NCBI GenBank assembly: GCA_963829055.1
Contig: CAWHHI010000009.1
Coordinates: forward strand, 148,206 to 212,205
From: an uncultured Gemmatimonadaceae bacterium
GTDB taxonomy: Bacteria > Gemmatimonadota > Gemmatimonadetes > Gemmatimonadales > Gemmatimonadaceae
DNA length: 64,000 bases
Direction of reading: 5' to 3'
In this document: piece after piece, positions 50,490-61,950 of the stretch
How the letters are laid out: every line of letters starts with the position of its first letter
How positions within the stretch are numbered: the stretch's first letter is position 1
Position numbers and translations under genes: made by a program
The notes under the pieces: generated by a model
What the model saw: only the letters and a program-made list of their open reading frames with translations
Databases searched by the model: none
Told to the model about the DNA's origin: nothing

Positions 50490-53400
50490 TGAGCAACGCC
50501 CGTTGGCAGCGGCTGCAGCAGTTGTTCCATCAGACACTCGAGTCGGCGCCCGAGCAGCGTACCGCGCTCCTCGACCGCGAGTGTGCACATGATGCTGAAC
50601 TGCGTGCCGACGTCGAGCGCCTGCTCTCAGCCAACGATCGCGCCGGTGGTTTCATCAGCGAGCCGGTGATTATCACTCACGACATCGCGTTCGCCGCGGA
50701 GGACGCGTCACAACTTGGTCGGAGAGTCGGCGCGTATCGTCTGATCCGGGAGCTGGGCCGCGGTGGGATGGGCGCGGTCTACCTTGCCGAGCGTGACGAC
50801 GGCGCCTTCGAGCAGCGCGTCGCGATCAAGTTGATCAAGCGTGGCATGGACACCGACCAGGTGCTGTCCCGCTTTCGCGCCGAGCGCCAGATCCTCGCCT
50901 CGCTCGACCACCCGAACATCGCGCGGTTGATGGATGGCGGGACGACCCCGGACGGGCTGCCGTACTTCGCGATGGAGTACATCGAAGGCCAGGCGATCGA
51001 CACATTCGCCGAGTCCTCGCGACTCAGTGTGGAGGATCGGCTCAGGCTCTTCCTGCAGGTGTGCGATGCCGTGGCGTACGCTCATACGCGCGGCGTGATC
51101 CACCGAGACATCAAGCCACTGAACACGTTGGTGACCGCGGCAGGTGTGCCCAAGCTGCTCGATTTCGGCATTGCCAAGGTGCTGCACGATGCGACGGAGG
51201 AGAGCACAGCGACGATAACCGGTCTTCGGCTGCTGACTCCGGACTACGCCAGCCCGGAGCAGATCGAAGGTCGACGCGCCACCGTTGCGAGCGACGTGTA
51301 CGCGTTAGGCGTGGTGCTGTACGAGCTGCTGACGGGTCGATCCCCGTACCGCGTGAGCAGCCGCTCCCCGCAGGAGATCGCGGAGGCGGTTCGCACGACC
51401 GAACCCGACCGCCCAAGCACCGTCGTGACGCAACCAGCGGAACGGGTGAAGGTACGCCGCAGCATTCCGACGACGGGCTCGCGCGCCTCCGACGACGCCA
51501 GCGCACGACAGCTCAGCCGAAGACTTCGCGGCGATCTCGACACGATTGTGCTCACAGCGCTGCGAAAGGAGCCGACACGACGGTATGCGACGGTTGCTGA
51601 CCTCACCACTGACATCCGCCGACATCTCGAGAGCCGGGCGATCGTCGCCCGGCGGCGACGAAGCTGCCTATCGAGTTGGGAAGTTGGTGCGTCGGCATCG
51701 GACGGCACTGCTCACGTCGGCCGCGGCCGTGATCGCAGCGGTTGCGACCGGAGTCGCAATCGTGAGATCACGACCTAACGATCCAACGTTGATCTCCACC
51801 AGGTCGCTCGGCCTGCGCGATCGGATCGTCGTTGCGGACTTCGTCGACCTGAGCGGTGACGCGGGGTTGGCCGCGTCGATCACGGAGGCATTGCGCACCG
51901 ACCTGTCGCAATCGCCGGTCGTACGGGTGATGACGCCGCGACAGGTTCGTAGCTCCCTCACCACGATGCAACAATCGCCCGATATCGCGCTGAACGACTC
52001 GCTCGCACGCGAGCTGGCGTTGCGCGAAGGCGTCAAGGCGATCGTGTCGGGCAATCTCTCGCGACTCGCCAGCAGTTACACGATCAGCGTGCAGCTCGTG
52101 GCCGCGCAGAGCGGCGAGGCACTGGCGGCGGTGCGTGAGACCGCAACCGATTCCACGGGGCTCATCGCCGCGGTCGACCGCGCCAGCCGAGCGCTGCGGC
52201 AACGGATTGGCGAGTCGCTTCGGGACGTCCAGAAGATGCCCAGCCTCGACCAGGCAACAACGGCATCGCTCCCCGCATTGCGCATGTACTCGGAAGCGCA
52301 GCGACTGGTTCGGGCAGGCAATCGGTCTGCGGCGGTAGAGAAATTCGAACAGGCGATCGCGCTCGACACCGGGTTCGCCAGCGCGCAGTTGGGGTTGTCC
52401 ATGGCCTACGGCTCGATAGGAGACGCGGGCCGCGCGTATGACGCCGCCGAGCGCGCGCTGGCACATGCGGAGCGACTGCCGTTCGTCGAGCGCAGCATGC
52501 TCGTGGCGAGCCGAGCGTACGGCGCGTTCGACTACGAGACGTCGATACGGGCGTACACCAACCTCCTCGCTCGCTATCCTGACAATGTCGCCGCGCTCAA
52601 CAACCTCGCGCTGGCGTACCGGGGCACCCGCCGTTTTGCGTTGGCGGAAAGCGCGTTCGTTCGAGCGATCCAGCTCGATTCGGGGGTCGCGAACTTCCTG
52701 TTTGGCCTCCACAGCATACAAATCCTTCGAGGAAAGTTTCGCGAGGCGAGCGCAACGCTCGAAACGGTCAAGCGTCGCTGGCCGGACAATCCTGTGTACC
52801 TGACCGAGTTGCTGCAGGATGCGGCTGCCCAGCAGGACTGGTCGCGCGCCGAGCGAACAGCACGATTCCAGATCGATAAGGTCGGGACGGACACGCTTCA
52901 GCTGGTGGACCCGTACGAGGCGCTCGCGCAAATCGCGATGGCGCGCGGTCGGCTCCGTGAGGCTGAACGCTTATGGGGAACGCAAGCCAAAGTGGCTCGG
53001 GCCTCAGGTGTCATGAGCAGATACCTGTTTGGCGTGCTCCAGCGCGGGTTTCTCGAGCTCCGCTATCGGGGTGACACCACCCACGCGCTCGCGCTAGTCG
53101 ATTCGGCGTTAGGCGCTACGCCGCTCGACAGCCTGCTCCGCGGCGACCGGCGCTACGACGAGGTGGCGCGTTTCTACCTGGCAGCCGGTCGCCCCGAGCG
53201 CGTCGGTCCACTGTTGGTGGCAGCCGAGAAAAACGACAGTGCCTTGCACCGCACGATACAGGGTGAGCGGCTGTGGACGCGTGGGCTGCTGGCGCTCTCG
53301 GAGGGTCGAGCAACGGCTGCGGTCGACACGTTGCAGATGGCGAACGACGGACACTCGTGCACGATCTGCGTCCTCGCGGACCTCGGCCGGGCGTATGAGC

Positions 53401-53630
53401 GCGCTGGTCGTCTCCGGGAGGCGCTGAGCGTCTACGAGCGGTACCTCACGACGCCGTGGCTCTGGCGGTACGAGCCCGACGCGGTCGAATTAGGCTGGAC
53501 CCTGCAGAGACTCGGCGACCTGGCAGAGCAACGTGGCGACACGACGCGAGCTGCTGCGGCACGGGCGCAGCTGCGCCAGTTATGGAAGGATGCCGACCCG
53601 GAGCTGTCGCGGTCCTGGCGAGTCCAGTGA
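50489..53630 (+). CDS. Ser/Thr kinase with TM and TPR region, translationally coupled to the ECF sigma (frameshift near 51650)
   Basis: GRGGMGAV, HRDIKPLN, DFG, TPDYASPEQ, 'LRGDLDTIVLTAL'; TGATG overlap with the sigma stop. Confidence 0.88.
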
Positions 53631-53965
53631 TCGCCTGCGCTCGCGCGTCTCCCGTGGTCCGACATCGCTGACGCGCGCGTTCATCTTCCGGCGTTAGGCA
53701 CGGCCGCCGCGAACGCTCGAACAGCTCCACGGGGTTCCCATCGGGGAACCAGCATCTACGATGAATGCCGGCCACTGACACCGCCACGACACGGATCCCT
53801 CAGCGCGGCCTCCGAGCGACTGCGCGATCGCGAGGATGCTTGAACGGCATTGCGCCGTCATTTCCAACGCGCTGGTCAGGAGGGAGTCGGCCTCGAGACG
53901 CAACCATTGCTGCAACGTACCCGTCTGAATACCCATATCGACTCCAGACACTCAACCCTCCAGGA

Positions 53966-56440
53966 ATGCCCGCGAACCGCGACCGCAAGTTGCTCGCCGA
54001 GGTGCGCCAGGACGTCGCGTACGCCGTGCGACAGCTCGTCCGAGCGCCGGCGTTCACGGCGGTTGCCGTGCTGACTCTCGCGTTAGGTATCGGGGCCACG
54101 ACGGCCATCTTCAGCGCCGTGCTGGAGTGTGGTGCTGCGACCGTTCCCGTTCGCGCATCCGGACCGCGTGGTCCTCGTCACGGAGCGCTGGCAGGGAAGT
54201 GACGGAGATGTCTCCGACGGCAACTTCGTCGACTGGTACGCGCGCCAGACGGCCTTCGAGCGGCTCGCCGCGGAACAGTTCACCAACTTCACGCTCGCCA
54301 ACGCGAGCTCGACCGACCGGCTCACCGGCGCCCTGGTCACGAAGGACTTCTTCGCCGTCTTCGGCGTGCGGCCCGCGTTCGGGCGCACGTTCAGTCCGGA
54401 GGAGGACGAGCCGGGCGCCGACGGCGTCGTCGTGCTCTCCGACGCGCTGTGGCGGACGCACTTCGGCGCCGACCGTCGCGTCGTTGGGCAGCAGGTGCAG
54501 CTCAACGGACGCCCGCGCACCGTGATCGGCGTGATGCCGCCGTCGTTCGACCCGACGACGTCGGGCGAGCAGCTGTGGGTGCCGGCGGCGTTCACGCCGG
54601 AGCGCAAGGCGCAGCACGACCAGCATCACAACACGCGTGGTCGGCCTGCTCGACGCCCGGCGCGTCGGCGACGCGCGCGCAGGCCGAGCTGGCCGCGGTG
54701 CAACGGGAGCTGAACGCCCGCTATCCGAATCAGAACGGCACGCGCGGCGTCAGCGTGCGGCCGTTCGCCGAGGTCGTCGTCGGCGACTACCGGCAGCGGC
54801 TGTGGGTGACGTTAGGCGCCGTCGGGTTCGTGCTGCTGATCGCGTGCGCCAACGTGGCGAACCTGCTGCTCGCCCGCGGCGCGGCGCGCGCCAAGGAGCT
54901 GGCCGTGCGCACCGCGTTAGGCGCGAGCCGAGGCCGCATCGTGCGGCAGCTGCTCACGGAGAGCCTGGTGCTCGGTCTCGCCAGCGCGGCGATCGGCCTC
55001 GTTCTCGCGTACGCGGGCATGACGGGTGCTCGTCGCGGCGGCTCCCGCGGGGATCCCGAGGCTGGGTGAGACGCGCGTCGACCTCGCGGTGCTCGCGTTC
55101 GCGGTGAGCGTGGCGCTCGTGAGCTCGGTGGTGTTCGGTCTCGTGCCGTCGCTCCGCGCGTCGAAGCAGGACGTGCAGTCGACGTTGCGCGATGGAGGAC
55201 GCGGCGCGGGTGTGGTGCGCGACCGGGTGCGTCAGGCGCTCATCGTCGCCGAGGTGGCGCTCGCGTGTACGCTGCTGGCCGGTGCTGGGCTGCTCGCGCG
55301 CAGCGCACTCTACCTCCAGCACGTGAAGACCGGCTTCGATCCGAACGGCCTGGTAACCGCGCGCGTGGCGCTGCCGGAGGTGAAGTACAAGGAGCCCGCT
55401 CGCGCACTCCAGGCGTACCACGCGCTCATGGAGCAGCTCGCGAGGCTCCCGGGCGTGCAGTCGGCATCGCTCGGCGTCGACCGCGCCACTCGTCGGTGGC
55501 GATTTCACCAATGGAATCACCGTCGAAGGGCAGCCGGCGACGGACCTCGAGCATGTCCTCCAGGCGGCGTCGCGCTTCGTCGTACCGCGGTACCTCACGA
55601 CAGTGCGCATTCCGCTCGTGCGCGGCCGCGACTTCACGTCCGCGGACGTGGCGGGAAGAGAGCGCGTGGCGATCGTGAGCGAGTCGTTCGCCGAGCGCGC
55701 GTGGCCGAACCAGGATCCGATCGGCAAGCGCTTCACGTGCTGCGATGGCAGCCCGGACGACCCGCGGTGGCGTACGGTCGTCGGCGTCGTCGGTGATGTG
55801 CGCGCGGACGGGCCGACGGCCGGACTCCAGCCGCAGTTCTACTTGCCCGTCGACCAGATGCCGGTCGAGGCGTGGGACTGGACGGGTCGCGCGATGACGG
55901 TCGTCGCGCGCGTGGACCGCGACGACGACGCGCGACGTGGCGAACGTGATGGCGGCGATCCGCGCGGCAGTGCGCACCGTGGACCCCGGGATTCCCGTGT
56001 ATCGCATGCGACCGATGCGCGACCTGGTGCGCGGCTCCACAGCGGAAGCGCGCTTCAACACGCTGCTGTTGGGCCTCCTCGGCGCCGTGGGGCTCGCGCT
56101 CGCGATGGTCGGCATCTACGGCGTCGTCGGCTATGTCGTCGCTCAGCGCACCACGGAGATCGGCATCCGCATGGCGTTAGGCGCCACGCCGGGCAACGTG
56201 GTCCGGCTGCTCGCGCTCCAGGGGACGCGTCCGATCCTGTTGGGCATTGGCGTTGGGACGGCGCTCGCGTTCGTCGCGATGCGGCTGCTGCGCACGGCGG
56301 TCTACGGCGTGAGCCTCAGCGACCCGATGTCACTCGCGGGCGCGGCCGCGATGCTGTTTCTCGCCGGCCTGACGGCGGCGCTGGTGCCGGCGCGGCGCGC
56401 AACGCGGGTCGATCCGGCGCGTACGATCATGCGGGGTTGA
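53966..56440 (+). CDS. ADOP-family ABC permease lacking the usual N-terminal extension and padR partner (several frameshifts)
   Basis: '[10 protein letters not shown]', '[13 protein letters not shown]', '[15 protein letters not shown]', '[10 protein letters not shown]'. Confidence 0.82.
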
Positions 56441-56471
56441 GGCGGACGCGTCTGAGGGCCATCCTAACCGG

Positions 56472-57716
56472 ATGCCACAACCAGCCGGTTCCACCAGCGT
56501 AGAGCCCGCTCCTTTCAGCGGGCGAGTGCACATCCTCGGCGCAGGACCAGTGGGTCTCCTGCTGACCGCATTGCTCCAGTCGATCGGACGGAGTCTCTGT
56601 CCGCCTCTATGAGAAACGACGCGAGTACTCGCGCACGCGGATGGTGCAGCTCGCGTCGTTCCTCGTGGCGGACTCGATCGACGCGTACTGTCACGATCAC
56701 ATTGATGACGAGAGCGTCGTCGCCATCTTCGACCCCCAGGAGCTGAGCGAGCGGCTGGCATTCAGGCGATCCATCCCGCCGGACCTGATGGATCTGCTTC
56801 GCGACTGGACTCTCGGTTTCTGCCCACTCAAGGCGATCGAGCGGTCACTGAGCGATCTCATCGATGCGCGCGATCGACCTCCGTCGAGCGCACGACGGCG
56901 GTCGTCACGGCGCAGGACGCGATGGCGATGCTCGAGCCGGGGGACGCGCTGATCGACTGCACGGGGAGCAAGTCGGTGCTGCGAGACCATCTCGCGCCCG
57001 GCGCAGGCGGCGTGGACGACGGTGGGAACACGCTCAAGATCCGCCTCGAATATGCGCTCGTCGTCACCTTTCTGTACGGGCAGCGCTACGATTGCAACGA
57101 GTACTGCAAGTACCTCAAGAACGCGGATAATCCGCACTACAAGTTCATTCCGATGGTGAATCGCACCCACTACGATGGGAGCGTCAGCCACGTCACGGGG
57201 ATCGTCAACATCTCGGCCGAGGACTACGAGGCGATGCCGTCGCAGTTCGACGGTGCGTGGCTGCGCGGCAACTTTCCGCGTGTCACGGAGTCGATGGATC
57301 GTTTCATCGACAAGGTCAAAGAGGAGACGCACGGCGAGCTGCTCGGCGACCTCGAGATCGTGCGCATCCCGCTGGATCTGTACCGGGCGCGCCATGCGAC
57401 CAGCCGGCAGTGGCGCACGTCGGGGCAGCGCGATCATCCCTTCGCCCGCTCGCCGGTGTTCCTCGCCGGGGATTCCGCCATCGGCTCCCCGTACTTTCAG
57501 TCGATCTCGTTAGGCTTCGAGTGCGCGATGTACCTGGCGGGGCTGCTCGCGCGGCGTGACGTGCCAATGCGGGACCTGCTCGATCGGTACGAGCTGTACA
57601 TGTACAAGCAGTGGCTTCGCGTCTACATGCGCAGCAAGATGATCAAGCACAACAAGGATCTGTTCGAGTCGATCGATGAGCCGTTGGCGCTGCTGGAGAA
57701 GCTGCACATCTACTAA
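56472..57716 (+). CDS. FAD-dependent oxidoreductase/monooxygenase-like protein (frameshifts)
   Basis: Read from ATG 56472: 'VHILGAGPVGLLL' Rossmann motif; 'LIDCTGSKS'; 'VFLAGDSA'. Confidence 0.75.
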
Positions 57717-57938
57717 CGGAATACCCCGCCGATGGCCAAGTACGGATTGCAGGCGTCCTACGGTGATGCCGAGAACGGCATGCCGGCTACTACGTGCCGA
57801 AGAACTGGACGTGGGGGATGTCCCTCCGGGACCGTTTCAGGTAGCGACGCGAGGCCGAGCCGGGCGCTCGCGATTGCATCGGCTCCGGTGGGCGCACGGC
57901 ACGAAAGCACGCTCCAATGCGCGCCTAACGCTCCGGCA

Positions 57939-59230
57939 TCATCGCGACCGCATCTTCCGCCGCAACTCCTCCGTCCCGTTCACGACCACGTATAGCTTCG
58001 ACCGTCTTGATTCCTCGAGCAGCATCAGGAATTCGCGGCCGCTCGGGAAGACGTCGTACATCGCATGGCTGATGTTGCGGAGGTACACGTCGGCGAACAG
58101 CGTGTCGCGTCGCTGTACGGCGAGCTCCGGCTGCTCCGAAATGCCGGCGGCGATCATGTGAGTGTTGCTGCGGTAGAAGATCTCTCTGCCGTCAGGAGAC
58201 CACCTCGGCTCGATGCCGCCGCCGGCCGAGACCTGTATTCGCCCGATCCCCGGTGGCAGTGGCCGTACATACACTTCCGGCCGGCCCGACTCGCTCGTGG
58301 CGTAGGCCAGCAGGCGGCCATTTGGCGAGATGGTCGGCAGCCATTCGTCGGCCGGAGTGGCGAGGAATGGCCGCGCCTTGTCGAGCGAGTCGAGCGGGGC
58401 GATCCAGAATGTCGCGCTGCGTTGCACCGGTTCCGACGCGATACGCGGCGTAGCTGTGTGGAGGGCCGAGCGCGACCTCGAGCACGTTCGTGCCTGGCCT
58501 CGCGACGACCTCGCTGGTACCGCTTCCGTCCCACGCCTGCTGCCTAACGACATTGTCCGTTCGGTCACGCCCGATGTACACGAGGTGCCGCCGGTCCGGG
58601 GACCACTCGGCGCGCTGGCCGCCGCCGTCGTGCGTCAGCGGCGTGAGCGCCTGGGAAGCGAGGTCATAGGTCCAGATATCCTGCGCGCCGGACGGCGCCA
58701 TGGTGACCGCGACGTGCCGGCCATCCGGAGAGACGCGGGGAAACTCGAACGGCCGAAGCTCCGTCCCGACGGCCCGCGCGGTGCCAGCGCGAGACACCGC
58801 CCGAAGCCTCGACTGCGGCGACTCGCCGGCGATGTACGCGAGTGTCCCGTTGTCGGCCACCGTCAGCTCGGCCGCGCCATTCGCCTTTACCGCCACGCCC
58901 TCGAGCAGGAGCACCGGCTCGCCCGTCAGACGCAAGGTGCGAAGCGATATCGGCACGGCGTACACCGTGCCGTTCGCGCGGGTAAAAATGACATACCCGC
59001 CCGAGACATACCGCGGTCCCGTGCCCGGGATGCCGAGCTCGGTCACTCGCCCTGTGGCCAGCGTGACCACGCCGAGCTCCGCCCGGTCGAGGCTCGTGCC
59101 CTTCCATATCATGATCAGTGCGGCGTTTCCGTCGGGGAGCACATCGGGCCACCCGTACGCCACGTGCCCGCGTGCCGAGTCCGGCTTCGCGATGAGGGCA
59201 GGCGCACCGCCGTCCTCGGAAATGCGCCAA
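57939..59230 (-). pseudogene. Orphan TolB/PD40 beta-propeller C-terminal half of a kinase-TolB protein (no kinase, no start)
   Basis: Paralogous to the C-terminus of 36547-38598 (SPDG repeats, 'YDVFPSG', 'VVVN..EEL'). Confidence 0.75.
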
Positions 59231-59232
59231 TA

Positions 59233-59341
59233 GCGCGTGTACGCGAACCAACAAATCCGTCGCGCCGACGGTCGGGACATCCATATCCGCAACGCTCACA
59301 GCATCATTGCTTCCGTAACGGTCAATGAGTGCGGCCCTCAC
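59233..59341 (-). pseudogene. 5' relic of an NADP-dependent (MDR/quinone) oxidoreductase fused to the TolB fragment
   Basis: 'MRAALIDRYGSNDAVSVADMDVPTVGATDLLVRVHA' is a typical MDR N-terminus, broken before the usual 'ASVNP'. Confidence 0.7.
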
Positions 59342-59667
59342 GGGGCCGCGACCGTCTGCCGGCGCGGCAGGAGCAAGAGTTGGCCAATCGTCGCGAAGGC
59401 TCCAACGACCGCCGCAACAGCGATGATACCAGATGCGGCGCGCGCGCCGGCGATGAGAGAGGCGACGGCGGCGGTTCCGGTCGCAGCGGCGAAAGCGGTT
59501 ACCGCTCTCGCAGGCGAATGGCTACTCGTGCGCAGGAGCAGCCAGGCGGCCAGGGTAGCGACGACAGCCATCGCGGCGAGGCGGAAGTCGCGTCGCGGGC
59601 TCGCGGCCGCCACGAGGGCGGCGACGAACGGCCCTGCGGAGAAGAGGACCCCGAGCGTGCGACGCAT
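59338..59667 (-). CDS. Small four-TM hypothetical membrane protein
   Basis: Hydrophobic helices; GTGA overlap with the downstream gene. Confidence 0.6.
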   Translation of the reverse strand: MRRTLGVLFSAGPFVAALVAAASPRRDFRLAAMAVVATLAAWLLLRTSSHSPARAVTAFAAATGTAAVASLIAGARAASGIIAVAAVVGAFATIGQLLLLPRRQTVAAP

Positions 59668-59964
59668 GGGCAGAAGGGAAAGAAGGCCTTCCCGGCGGAG
59701 AAGCGCGTTGGCAGGCTAACGCCAGCTTCTGCTGTGAGCGATGACATCATCGCGATCGCAGCAAGCTACGTTGGCCCGCTCGTCAGCAGCAAGCACCGTT
59801 CGGCCGCCGCGCTTTGTGCATTGGAAATGCTACGATACGCGACCTATTGGTCACGAGTCACTCAGGCCAATGCGATTGAAATTCCTAGTTACGCCCGGAA
59901 GCAGCAGCATCTGAGGCGCGGGCGCGGCGGTGAACGACGGTAGGCGTCAGCTCATCGCTCACGC

Positions 59965-60435
59965 CTAACGACTCGGGATCACGTTTGCATGGCGCACAAA
60001 CAGCCGCCAGGTGCCGTCCTCATTCTTCCAGATGTTGGTGAAGCGGCGCCTGATTGTTTGGCCCGCAACAAGCCCCGCACTGGGCGCATTGCTGAGCGGC
60101 CGCACCGTCTCGAGTCCCATGATGAAGACGAATGGGCCGTCGACGCGGATGAACTCGATCTGGCGCTCGAATATTGCAAAATTGATCACCCCCGATCGCA
60201 CGAAGGTGTCCAATACCGCGTGTTTTCCCGCGACGACCTGGTTGTTCGGCGCATTGACGCTCAGATGATCTGACCACAGGCGCTCGAGAGCGGGGATATC
60301 GCGTTTCAGTGCGGCCAACCGTTCCTCGTTGTCGAGCGCCCGCACTTGCTGTTCATCAGACATCCGGTCTTGTCCCATCACAGTCCTCCCTTGTGATACG
60401 CTGAGCAGGAAGAGTAGAGCCAGTGAACTTCTCAT
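59965..60435 (-). CDS. Secreted DUF4440/NTF2-family protein
   Basis: Signal peptide; 'ALERLWSDHL', 'RRFTNIWKNEDGTWRLFVRH'. Confidence 0.85.
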   Translation of the reverse strand: MRSSLALLFLLSVSQGRTVMGQDRMSDEQQVRALDNEERLAALKRDIPALERLWSDHLSVNAPNNQVVAGKHAVLDTFVRSGVINFAIFERQIEFIRVDGPFVFIMGLETVRPLSNAPSAGLVAGQTIRRRFTNIWKNEDGTWRLFVRHANVIPSR

Positions 60436-60575
60436 ATCGCCACTCCGTGTTGGGGCCGACCGGTCATTTGCCACGGAGGTCTCGGTGGCATACCGTCTAG
60501 TGCGCCCCATATTGGCAGGTGTCGGTGTGGATCGCTCGTCCGTGAAGGACAAAGGCGTCGACTGAGAGGGCCAGC

Positions 60576-61526
60576 ATGGTTACGATGACGACGGACAACG
60601 TTGCCCAGCGGGAGCGTGCCGAATACTGGGCTGATCTCGTCAGTCGGAACGTCAGCTCGATGCGTATCGAACCGAGTCGGCAGCTGCCTCTCCACGGCAA
60701 GATCACGGCGCGAGCAATCGGCGACGTCACCGTAGCTGAAGTTTCCGGCTGCGGAATACGCGCGCTTCACACCGCCGCCGAGGTTGCGCGTACTCGCCAT
60801 CACCTGTATGCCGCGGGTGTTACCATCGAAGGCGGGGCTCGCATCAACCTTCGAGGCAAGCAGCTCGTCCTGAAGAGAGGTGATGTCTTTGTCACCGACA
60901 GCCGGGATCAATACAGCCTCGATCTCGAACGCCCCTGGCGGCACTTGGTCGTGTCATTTCCGACAAGTCTGATTGATGACAGGTTGGTAAAGCCCGGGCA
61001 GCTTTCCGGCGGGGTCCTGCGCGATCATCCGCTCGTGCGCCTATGGGCGAGTTATCTCAGCAACGCATTTGCGCTCTCGAGCGCGTTCTCGCCGGCCGGA
61101 GACTCGCTATTTGCACGGCATTGCGTCGAGTTGCTCGCGCAGGCGCTCGATGAGCAGGATTGCGATCGGCTGACACCCTCACCGGCCTGGCGCGACGCGA
61201 TGTATCGCGACGCTTGCCGCGTAATCGAGTTCAGGTTCGGAGATTCGAACCTTGCGCCTGATCAAATTGCCCGGGAGCTACACATCTCGACGCGTTCGCT
61301 GTCGCGGCTCTTTGCCGCTCACAATGAGACTGTCATGCGACGAGTCTTCGATGTCCGAGTACGGCATGCCATGAAGCTGCTTGCGGCACCGGCAGTTCAC
61401 CGGTCAATCACCGCGATTGCGTTTGCCTGCGGATTCAATGACAGCTCGCATTTCGGCCGCGCGTTTGCCGCGCGAGTGCACCGGACACCGTCGGAGTGGC
61501 GGCGCCAGAATCAACAAGACGCCTAG
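60576..61526 (+). CDS. AraC-family regulator (FeaR-like ligand-binding domain + HTH)
   Basis: 'RERAEYWADLV', 'IARELHISTRSLSRLF', 'IAFACGFNDSSHFGRAF'. Confidence 0.92.
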   Translation: MVTMTTDNVAQRERAEYWADLVSRNVSSMRIEPSRQLPLHGKITARAIGDVTVAEVSGCGIRALHTAAEVARTRHHLYAAGVTIEGGARINLRGKQLVLKRGDVFVTDSRDQYSLDLERPWRHLVVSFPTSLIDDRLVKPGQLSGGVLRDHPLVRLWASYLSNAFALSSAFSPAGDSLFARHCVELLAQALDEQDCDRLTPSPAWRDAMYRDACRVIEFRFGDSNLAPDQIARELHISTRSLSRLFAAHNETVMRRVFDVRVRHAMKLLAAPAVHRSITAIAFACGFNDSSHFGRAFAARVHRTPSEWRRQNQQDA

Positions 61527-61535
61527 CTCGGGAAA

Positions 61536-61565
61536 CCGCTTGGCAACTGCAGCGCAACGTTAGGC
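61536..61565 (-). mobile_element. Truncated attC site (left arm only)
   Basis: Minus strand GCCTAAC-GTTGCG-CTGCAGTTGCCAAGCG, 6 bp after the cassette ORF stop; right arm absent. Confidence 0.6.
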
Positions 61566-61571
61566 GGCTCG

Positions 61572-61919
61572 CTAGCGTATCTCGAACGTCTCGTCTTTCC
61601 ACGGCCACACCAGGCGAGCGCGGTAGCCGTCGTCCTTATCGAGCGGCCAGACGTTCGCAAAGTCATCGAAGTCAGGCGGCCACTGATCGCGGTCCAGAAT
61701 CGCTGCGAGTTCAGCCACGGACAGGCGGCGGAAGTAGTAGTCGTCGTCAACCGTGTCAACGGCAACGTACCAGTGCGTGCCGCAACCGCGGCAGCGCGCC
61801 AGGCTGAGCCAAGGATTCCGAGCTCGGAGGATGTCGTAACCCGTGCGCAACAAGTCGGCGGTCTCGTAGCCGAGGTTGATTCGCACTCGATCGCCGCACT
61901 CGGAGCACTCACAGGGCAT
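61572..61919 (-). CDS. Integron-cassette hypothetical protein, Cys-rich (CxCxxC, CxxC; putative Zn-binding)
   Basis: Flanked by attC sites; 'MPCECSEC', 'RCRGCGTHWY'. Confidence 0.7.
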   Translation of the reverse strand: MPCECSECGDRVRINLGYETADLLRTGYDILRARNPWLSLARCRGCGTHWYVAVDTVDDDYYFRRLSVAELAAILDRDQWPPDFDDFANVWPLDKDDGYRARLVWPWKDETFEIR

Positions 61920-61950
61920 CGTCGTCAGAACCGCCGTGATGTTTGTGGCC

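Noticed and set aside
57732..57845. Coding-like scrap '...GYYVPKNWTWGMSLRDRFR*' after the FAD oxidoreductase
   Set aside because: It may be another gene-tail relic, but I cannot identify a parent family from the sequence alone.
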